This document shows, in pieces, positions 25,065 through 32,000 of a stretch of DNA of 32,000 nt (position 1 is its first letter; every line of letters starts with the position of its first letter). The position numbers and the translations under genes were made by a program. The notes below the pieces were generated by a model. That model was not told the origin of the DNA and made no database searches. It was given only the letters and a program-made list of their open reading frames with translations. Source of the stretch: Promethearchaeota archaeon (GTDB lineage: Archaea > Asgardarchaeota > Hermodarchaeia > Hermodarchaeales > Hermodarchaeaceae). The stretch covers positions 45,904 through 77,903 of the forward strand of contig JBHLMI010000010.1 in NCBI GenBank assembly GCA_048938295.1, written 5' to 3'.

Positions 25065-25550
25065 TCAGTGAAGAGTAATAGCCATCAATTGCGCATCTTC
25101 ACCATTTCGATAATAGGTTCGTAGAGTCCGGATTCGCTTGAAACCGAGTTTATCATACAATTTAATTGCAGGTTCGTTGGTTATACGAACTTCCAAGATG
25201 ACTTCCTTTGCTGCATAAATTGTTTCCAAGGCTTTCATGGACTGCTTAATGAGCTCTGATGCGAGTTTTTGCCGTCGATATTCTTGCTGAACGGCAACAC
25301 TCACAATATGACCTCGACGAACCCACCGCATCCCAAAATTGGAAACGCCTCCTTCCATTCGGCACATAATATACCCGACAACTTTTCCCTCTGTTTCAGC
25401 GACAAAAAAGGCTTCAGGATATCGATCTTGGATTTGGCGAAAAAAGTACTCGGGATAATTCTCAGGGAGAGTATCGAGATTAATCCGCATGACCACTGGG
25501 ATATCCTTTGGTTCTGCTTTTCGTACCACAAAGCCTTGGAGTTCAGTCAA
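25065..25550 (-). CDS. ard1: N-terminal acetyltransferase, Ard1/Naa10-like GNAT
   Basis: NLDTLPENY, GHIVSVAV...YRRQKLAS, LEVRITN..AIKLY, YYRNGEDA. Confidence 0.9.
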   Translation of the reverse strand: MTELQGFVVRKAEPKDIPVVMRINLDTLPENYPEYFFRQIQDRYPEAFFVAETEGKVVGYIMCRMEGGVSNFGMRWVRRGHIVSVAVQQEYRRQKLASELIKQSMKALETIYAAKEVILEVRITNEPAIKLYDKLGFKRIRTLRTYYRNGEDAQLMAITLH

Positions 25551-25665
25551 TGAAATCAGCTAGTAAAGCCATTACTATTGGTGATTAAAAATTCACCGCC
25601 TAACCATTTGGAAAGCTTTTTGTGTACTGGTTCTCAGGCGTGCCTAGAGTTTGCGGTGACTGTCT

Positions 25666-26892
25666 TTGTTTGATGAAGAAACACCTGAACCTGAGGAATC
25701 GAGAATTGGGACCGTAACCTCGGATTCAAGAGGAGGTCCATCCATTGCTGATTCCTATCTCCTTAGACTTCGAGATATCGTAAAGGAAGAGTTCGTCATC
25801 AACTACGCCTACATTGATCCCAATGATAATTTACCCATTTTTGTAGTTGAAGTCGACTCAAAAATAAAAGATAGATCTCATCGCCTTACTGAACGACTCC
25901 GATCCCACAATCTACTAGCCGTAATACGCAAAGTCGAGCTCTTCGAAGGCACTGGCGAAAAAAGCACCGTCATTAAACTCATTCCAGCACCACCCCCTCG
26001 TAAAGCAAGCAGTTACACGATGAACATCATTCTATTTGTTGCTACCCTAATTACTGTTCTTTTCGCTGGTTGGTTTTTTGCAACGAATCCGGCGTTCGTG
26101 TACATCTATGTCAATATTTTCGGAGTCATTTACAACCCGTTTCTTGTCATGGTTGCATATACCATTGCTATTCTCGCAATCATAGGACTGCATGAATTTG
26201 GACATGTTGGTGCTAGCCGTTATCACAACGTCGAAGCATCGCTACCCTACTTCATCCCCGGATTTTACTACGGAACCTTTGGAGCCCTGATTGTTCAACG
26301 CTCACCGCCACCAACCCGTGATAGTCTCTTCGATCTCGGAATCAGCGGTCCTCTCGTTGGATTTGTCGTTTCAGTGATTGTCGTGGTGGTTGGGCTACTT
26401 ATGAGTCCTGTACTCAGCCCAGCAGAATTTGCCCAACTGTCTGCTTTTTTGAATTCAATCGGACTTACTTCCAGCTCACTTCCTACCCCCCTCTTATTCG
26501 ATTTAATCTGGGGAGTAATCACCTTTGGAATTCCTGCAGGTTATACAGCTTATATTCATCCCGTTGCCTTTGCTGGATGGGTGGGTTTCCTCATCACTGC
26601 CCTGAATTACTTTCCCATTGGTCAACTTGACGGAGGTCATGTTTCACGGGCCTTGGTCGGTCCAAGGTACCACCGCCTGGTCTCCTTCGTTGGCATCTTC
26701 CTTCTATTCATCTTCGGCTATTGGTTCATGGCATTGATTGCCTTCTTTCTCTTCGCAGGGCGTCATCCTGGACCCGTAGACGATGTCTCACCAGTAAGCA
26801 AATGGCGAATGATTATTGGCCCCTTGTCTTATGTAATGGTTATCTTACTTCTCCCACCACTCACCATAGGCGCCCTTCTTCCCTTCCCTTAA
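25666..26892 (+). CDS. Site-2 protease (M50 intramembrane metalloprotease)
   Basis: HEFGH, GTFGA, GISGPLVG, NYFPIGQLDGGH, with a cytosolic N-terminal domain. Confidence 0.93.
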   Translation: MFDEETPEPEESRIGTVTSDSRGGPSIADSYLLRLRDIVKEEFVINYAYIDPNDNLPIFVVEVDSKIKDRSHRLTERLRSHNLLAVIRKVELFEGTGEKSTVIKLIPAPPPRKASSYTMNIILFVATLITVLFAGWFFATNPAFVYIYVNIFGVIYNPFLVMVAYTIAILAIIGLHEFGHVGASRYHNVEASLPYFIPGFYYGTFGALIVQRSPPPTRDSLFDLGISGPLVGFVVSVIVVVVGLLMSPVLSPAEFAQLSAFLNSIGLTSSSLPTPLLFDLIWGVITFGIPAGYTAYIHPVAFAGWVGFLITALNYFPIGQLDGGHVSRALVGPRYHRLVSFVGIFLLFIFGYWFMALIAFFLFAGRHPGPVDDVSPVSKWRMIIGPLSYVMVILLLPPLTIGALLPFP

Positions 26893-26927
26893 CTCTCTCC
26901 CATTCATGCTAGGAAAAATTGGTGCTG

Positions 26928-28184
26928 CTAAGTGGATGGGAGAACATCTGTACCATGGGGCATAGCCCAAACGGTGGAATCTTGCCCAACTTGCTTAAAA
27001 GCTGCGTTCAGTGCTTCCTTGACGGTCTTGAATGGGGTTACGTAATAATACTCTTCTAACATCTTGGGGTCAAGACTTGAGATCAAATACTGCTGAACGC
27101 GTTCTGCTCCTTGTGCCATATAGAAGATTTTGTGACCGCCCATGATGAAATTGGTCTTAATCTGATGGCTGAGAGCATCAAAAGAGGGATATTTGTGGGC
27201 CCAGTCCTCAAAGACTTGATTTCCAATCCCTTCGCGGCATTCGAGGAGGGCAATAAGGATCCCTCCATCCCGTACAGCGCCAAGAGCATGCACCATCGCC
27301 TTAGCACCTTGATATAAATTGATGTCCTTGGGATATCCACAACTGGTGATCACGATGTCGGCTTTCTCTTTGATTGGCACACGGCCCATCGAATCAGCAA
27401 ACTGGACTCCCTTTAGAAATGCCTGTTCAAGATCACCAGCATAGGCTGCGACGATTTCTTTATGTGTATTTCGTACAAAATTCACAATGAAATCTGTTCG
27501 AGCAAGTCTAGCTGCCTCCGTCATATCAAGGTGGATGGGGTTGCCCTCGAGGTTTCCGGTTGAAGCCTTTTCATGTGTAAGCATTCCGTGGTTTTTGTTA
27601 ATTGTTACTCGTCCACTTATTGCGGGTAACACGCTTTTTCGACCACCACCAAAACCAGCGTAGTAGTGGTAGCCAATGTCCCCAGTGAGTAAGTGTAAAT
27701 CTGCCTCGTGAAAAATTCGGTTTATTTCAACTTCAGTACCAAAGGATGTCGTCCCAACATGAACCAAATCATCAGCATCGCAATTATGAACCGCAACCTT
27801 ATGGGTTTGGCATGCAACATCGCAGAGAAGATTTTCTTGTTCTTCAGGTGTTGTTGCCCTGTGAGTTCCTGTCCCAAAAATAATCGTTACATCCTTCTCT
27901 TTGATGCCTGCTGTTTGCAGTTGCTCTAGGAGGGGATTAATCAGGATATGACAGGGAAGCCCCCGGGTATGATCATCTACCACAATAGCCACAGACTGTC
28001 CAGGCTGAGCGATATCACCTAAATGTGGGGAACCAATTGGATTCAGAATGGCCTCTTTCACCGTCTTAATCGGATCCGAAACGCCTTCAACTGGTTGTGC
28101 ATCTAATAACCCAAGATAATTCTTATCCGGTATTGTGAGACGAACTTGGTTTGATCCATAAGGAAAACTAACTTCTGTCACCAC
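26928..28184 (-). CDS. larA: LarA-family nickel-pincer racemase/epimerase
   Basis: VDDHTR, GTGTHR, HYYAGFGGGRKS..P...NH, GGHK. Confidence 0.88.
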   Translation of the reverse strand: MVTEVSFPYGSNQVRLTIPDKNYLGLLDAQPVEGVSDPIKTVKEAILNPIGSPHLGDIAQPGQSVAIVVDDHTRGLPCHILINPLLEQLQTAGIKEKDVTIIFGTGTHRATTPEEQENLLCDVACQTHKVAVHNCDADDLVHVGTTSFGTEVEINRIFHEADLHLLTGDIGYHYYAGFGGGRKSVLPAISGRVTINKNHGMLTHEKASTGNLEGNPIHLDMTEAARLARTDFIVNFVRNTHKEIVAAYAGDLEQAFLKGVQFADSMGRVPIKEKADIVITSCGYPKDINLYQGAKAMVHALGAVRDGGILIALLECREGIGNQVFEDWAHKYPSFDALSHQIKTNFIMGGHKIFYMAQGAERVQQYLISSLDPKMLEEYYYVTPFKTVKEALNAAFKQVGQDSTVWAMPHGTDVLPST

Positions 28185-28280
28185 AGTTACCTCTAAAAGT
28201 CTTCGACGTTAGAATGGCTACATCGCTCTAAATAAGAATTCTGCCTTAACAATTAGCACACTTTGAAGTCCCTGGGGGGC

Positions 28281-29612
28281 TTAGAGGATGCCTTGGCTTT
28301 GGAGCTTTTTAATTTCCTTGAATTTTTGTGGCAGATATTCCTCCGTGACAAAGCTTAAGCCATAACGACTAAATGCCTGTTGTTCGGCTTTTCTCTCATT
28401 CTTCAGGAATAATTGCAATTCCTTTTGCCAAAACTTGGTTTGATAACGTGGGTCTTTCAACAGATCCTGCGTGCGTTTCTTATCAGTGTCAGTAAACGCG
28501 TCACTGGGAAGATCGTATTGTTGAATATCTGAAGCCCATACGCCCATCCAAACGGCATCCGGTGTCGCTAACCCACGTAAGTGCGCTGCTGAAGCACTTC
28601 CGGAAATGATGACCATAGCGATATGAGCACCCCACGGATCTGCGTCGACAAACAAATACGTGGGAAGATTCAATTCATACCGGAGGCGGCGAATCGTTCG
28701 TCGAACACTTCGGGGTGCTTGACCTGCGGTGTGAATTAAAAGGGCATTTTCTGTTTCGTGTACGCCGTCTTCGACGAATCGTGTAAACATCCCACCAGAT
28801 TCGATTGCAATTACTTTCTTGGCCTTGCATCCGATGAATTTTGCAGACGTCATATATGGGCCAATCATGAGACCATCGGGATGATCTGTACAATTGACAC
28901 GCTTACCCGCATATTTTGCAGGAGCAGTATACTCGATGGTAAGATCCCCGTAAATGGCAGCGCGTTCTTCAGGAAACACTCGAAATGATTCCCGAGGTGC
29001 CTTCATTTTTGCTTCGACATCGGTAATGGTGGTATCGCTTTCACTCTGTTGAGCAAATTTCACGCCAAATCCAAATGATTGATAATAGATGTCTCGGAGC
29101 GTGCTTGATTTCCCTTCCGATAAGAGCTCCTTTAGAAATCGCATCACCCATACGAACTGACTAAAACTACGAATTTGGCCCACGTTCTTAGTTGACCGCG
29201 TAACCGTTTTCCCTGCCAGCACATATTGACCTAACTCTTGATCAAATCGGATATTCCCTGTACTGCGGCTTGGTAGCTCAATCTCTGGAAATTCTCCCTT
29301 TGAGAGAGTTCGGTATAAGGTTTGGCCAAGGCCCTGAAGATCTAAACGTATTTGGTCTGAGGTCTTTTGTTCTTCTTTGAACGCTTTAGGTTCCTTTTTG
29401 ATTTGGCTGATTCGTTTTGCTTCTCCCTTAGCCAATCGCCACTCAAGCTGTCCTCCAGCCTTCCGAGACTCAATTAGTCCTTCTTCTTCCATCTTCTTCA
29501 GGAGTCGTCGAAGCTTTCCTGAATCAATTTTCAGTGCTTTTGTTAGACGTCTTGTAGCTTTCCATCGCCGTGAAAGTTGTTTGAGAATTAAGTCAGGTGT
29601 TACTTCAGTCAT
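28281..29612 (-). CDS. top6A: DNA topoisomerase VI subunit A with an extra N-terminal winged-helix domain
   Basis: LRDIYY catalytic Tyr, Toprim AIESGGMF and DADPWG, KAEQQA. About 85 extra N-terminal residues. Confidence 0.95.
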   Translation of the reverse strand: MTEVTPDLILKQLSRRWKATRRLTKALKIDSGKLRRLLKKMEEEGLIESRKAGGQLEWRLAKGEAKRISQIKKEPKAFKEEQKTSDQIRLDLQGLGQTLYRTLSKGEFPEIELPSRSTGNIRFDQELGQYVLAGKTVTRSTKNVGQIRSFSQFVWVMRFLKELLSEGKSSTLRDIYYQSFGFGVKFAQQSESDTTITDVEAKMKAPRESFRVFPEERAAIYGDLTIEYTAPAKYAGKRVNCTDHPDGLMIGPYMTSAKFIGCKAKKVIAIESGGMFTRFVEDGVHETENALLIHTAGQAPRSVRRTIRRLRYELNLPTYLFVDADPWGAHIAMVIISGSASAAHLRGLATPDAVWMGVWASDIQQYDLPSDAFTDTDKKRTQDLLKDPRYQTKFWQKELQLFLKNERKAEQQAFSRYGLSFVTEEYLPQKFKEIKKLQSQGIL

Positions 29613-29629
29613 TTTCCATCTCTCCGTGT

Positions 29630-31249
29630 CTAATAATCCTCCTCGCCCTCGAAATCATCTGGGTTTTCTACATCCGGCGGCGCTTCTTCTAAAAGCCCCT
29701 CTTCTACAGGCAGCTCTTCTTCCTCTGTTTCTTCTTCTGTTTCAAGTTTAATCGTCAAAGCGCTTTCCACCAATGCTTTCGTGTCAGGAACCTTTCGTTT
29801 TCCTGCTAAGGCAGCAATATCACGGGCGATTATGGGAAGATATTTTTCATAGACGCTAGCTCGTACGCGTTCACGCTGAACCTTTTCTTTCTGGCGTAAA
29901 TGACCCTTAAGGCTCCGGGCACATTCCATTAATCCCATACGAATATCGTGCTCTAACTCGGTAAGGTCTGCGATGAATTCTTTCCCGGCAGTTTTGAAAG
30001 GAATTTTGGTGCTCACAACGGCGACAAAAGCCGCGATAGGCATTCCTGGTCTTATCCGATACCGCGACCAAGGAATAGCACGGATAACTTTAGCAGCCAC
30101 ATCCTTGTATTCATCAAAAATCAAAGGAATCCGATTGGCAAATCGATAGATGAGTATCGATTCTTTTGGGGGTACATCACCGCCATAAGCCAGACCGCAT
30201 TCGACGATGAAAGGATGGCCTCCGTAACTATTTGGCGGGCGTTGGGTTACTTGGACAAATTCGGGGTTGAGTGTTGAATGAATACCCATTTCTAACAATT
30301 TCGTACCTAGGGGTGAAAGGACTCGCGCATCTGGTGGTAACCATTTTTCAAAAGTCTCAAAGCCCCGAGCGATTTTAACTAAGTCATTGGGTTTGAGTCC
30401 TCGTGGATCCTGTGAAAATGGCATGTTAATGGTTTTCAGAAATGCTTTGGCGGTTTTCGGTCCTACTCGGTGAAAATGGGTTTTTAGGAACGTCACCATA
30501 TCTCTAGTCTTGGTTTCTTCGACTACACGTGAAAGTTGTTCGATATCCATTCCCTTTGGATGGGGATTAACCGACTGTGGGGGTGGTGGTAATGACTTTA
30601 CCGTTCGTTTGTATTTATGCGCCGTTCCATCGGGCTCAGTGAAGGTTAAGGTGGCATAAGGCGTTATGAGGGCGGTTTGTTCAATGTAATCCAATATATA
30701 CCGCTTAGCTGTGCGCCAGTTCCCCTCTAGGATAAATTCTAGGGTACACCCATGCTCATCGTTTCGATTCTTACGGCGTTCCCATTTCATGAGTTCTGGT
30801 TTGTTTTCTTCAATATCCTGTCGGAGCATGACTTCAAAGACATGGTCGCCACCCACAGGGGCAGAAGTCACATGCAATGGCTCACTTGTGGTGATTTGTC
30901 CATAGAGAAAAGCCATCTTTCCTCCTAGGCCAAACCGTCCTCGCGCTTGTTTGTGCTCATATTTTGACCCGTAAAGGATTTGACCAAAGGCGGGAAGAAT
31001 ATGGTCTCGGGGCACACCAATCCCATTATCCTCGACACGTAAATTATACCAATCGGGTGCGACTTCCTTCAGTTTAACATCAATTGTTGGGAGAAATCCT
31101 CCATCCTCGCAGGCGTCGAGTGAATTCTCAACGAGTTCGCGGACGGCCGTGTACAAGGCTCGCATATTATTATCAAACCCAGCGATTGACCGGTTGCGAT
31201 AGAAGAAATCGGCTGGGGATATTGACTCAAAAGTCACAACTGTCGTCAT
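29630..31249 (-). CDS. top6B: DNA topoisomerase VI subunit B with an acidic C-terminal tail
   Basis: GHKL motifs VRELVENSLDA, VEDNGIG and GRFGLGGK, H2TH, RFANRIPL, STKIPFKTAGKE. Confidence 0.97.
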   Translation of the reverse strand: MTTVVTFESISPADFFYRNRSIAGFDNNMRALYTAVRELVENSLDACEDGGFLPTIDVKLKEVAPDWYNLRVEDNGIGVPRDHILPAFGQILYGSKYEHKQARGRFGLGGKMAFLYGQITTSEPLHVTSAPVGGDHVFEVMLRQDIEENKPELMKWERRKNRNDEHGCTLEFILEGNWRTAKRYILDYIEQTALITPYATLTFTEPDGTAHKYKRTVKSLPPPPQSVNPHPKGMDIEQLSRVVEETKTRDMVTFLKTHFHRVGPKTAKAFLKTINMPFSQDPRGLKPNDLVKIARGFETFEKWLPPDARVLSPLGTKLLEMGIHSTLNPEFVQVTQRPPNSYGGHPFIVECGLAYGGDVPPKESILIYRFANRIPLIFDEYKDVAAKVIRAIPWSRYRIRPGMPIAAFVAVVSTKIPFKTAGKEFIADLTELEHDIRMGLMECARSLKGHLRQKEKVQRERVRASVYEKYLPIIARDIAALAGKRKVPDTKALVESALTIKLETEEETEEEELPVEEGLLEEAPPDVENPDDFEGEEDY

Positions 31250-31372
31250 TTTTATCGCCTACACGCTACGCGTCCTGTGTCTGTCTTCCCAGGAACTACT
31301 TTGTAATAGACGCGTGAACATCATAGACATTCAGAAATATGGTTAAAAAGTATCTGGCTACTTCAGTTCTAC

Positions 31373-31921
31373 TTACTCTCGGTTTTCGAGTTCTTCATCC
31401 CGCTTTCGAGGGGCAAGATTATCACACAAGAGTGACGTGATGATGAAAATCACGATTAAAACAATGATCGACGTCAATCCATACGGTGAGATGAGAAGAA
31501 GCGTGACGAATCCAAGGTAGCGAACGCTTCCAATTACCTTCGCAATGATATCATTTGCTGTCCGATTCCATGGGTCTGGTCCTGGATTATTATCACCCTT
31601 AAAGAAGAAAAATAGTTGACCAGATAGATTGACGATATCAATAATTCGATGTACAATAGGAGTATCAAATCCGAGGGATGTAGTGTTGTATATTACAATA
31701 TCCCCGACTTGAAGCGTTGTGGGGTCGACGGCTCGAACGATAACAAGATCTCCGCGGTATAGAGTTGGTTCCATGGACTCTGATTCTACGGCGAGTAAAG
31801 GGGAAGGCGTTTGTAGATAGAATTGCAGGCCAATTCCGGTCCCCCAAATACAGATCAGTACAAGAACAATTACGATGACATCTTCGATGAGTTCCCGTTT
31901 CCAACTCTTTTCTTTACTCAA
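31373..31921 (-). CDS. sec11: Signal peptidase I, Sec11/SPC21 type
   Basis: AVESESMEPTLYRGD, IVHRII, KGDNNPGPD (Ser-His-Asp type), flanked by TM segments. Confidence 0.93.
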   Translation of the reverse strand: MSKEKSWKRELIEDVIVIVLVLICIWGTGIGLQFYLQTPSPLLAVESESMEPTLYRGDLVIVRAVDPTTLQVGDIVIYNTTSLGFDTPIVHRIIDIVNLSGQLFFFFKGDNNPGPDPWNRTANDIIAKVIGSVRYLGFVTLLLISPYGLTSIIVLIVIFIITSLLCDNLAPRKRDEELENRE

Positions 31922-32000
31922 ATCTGGAGCCTCGTTGAGCTATTTGATAAACTGAGGGTTTTCTCTTAGTAAAAAACTATCTCTATGGGATGCTCTCCTA

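Noticed and set aside
29427-29612. Top6A extension as a true Z-alpha (Z-DNA-binding) domain
   Set aside because: The recognition helix lacks the conserved Asn and Tyr, and the wing lacks the Pro-Pro motif. Kept only as a generic winged helix.
31268-31315. ACGCGTC/GACGCGT pairing in the top6B leader
   Set aside because: Based on a self-complementary GC hexamer that can arise by chance; no further support without conservation data.
4893-31921. Apparent clustering of protein-maturation genes (map, get3, ard1, site-2 protease, sec11)
   Set aside because: Spread over 27 kb on both strands and separated by unrelated genes; consistent with an ordinary core-genome mix.
1-32000. CRISPR arrays, IS elements, integrase at the tRNA, and the many short antisense or nested ORFs
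   Set aside because: No spaced direct repeats, transposase or integrase motifs, or duplicated tRNA 3' end (att site) were seen. The short ORFs lie within well-supported genes on other frames.

Overview
Gene-dense archaeal core-genome window, most likely from an Asgard archaeon. That placement is inferred from a roadblock protein, a longin-domain protein coupled to a Rab-like GTPase, a Get3-type ATPase and a CdvA-like coiled coil. Housekeeping genes include tmk, map, tfb, hisS, sui1, rpoP, top6A/B, sec11, ard1, AMP phosphorylase, larA, a site-2 protease, a fadD-type ligase, glpD and the start of an AOR operon. Two RNA genes are not in the ORF track. One is a tRNA-His(GUG) gene that appears to carry three BHB-type introns (8/9, 15/16, 37/38), with a eukaryote-like A73 and a duplicated acceptor strand in its leader, directly upstream of hisS. 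The other is a candidate C/D-box sRNA whose guide is complementary to the universal SSU rRNA C1402 region. Unusual protein architectures are a HAD-prenol kinase fusion, Rpo12 with a nested second zinc ribbon, Topo VI-A with an extra N-terminal winged helix, and a putative cobalamin ECF operon with a perfect palindromic operator. No CRISPR array or mobile element was seen. Protein family calls come from motif recognition only, with no database searches.
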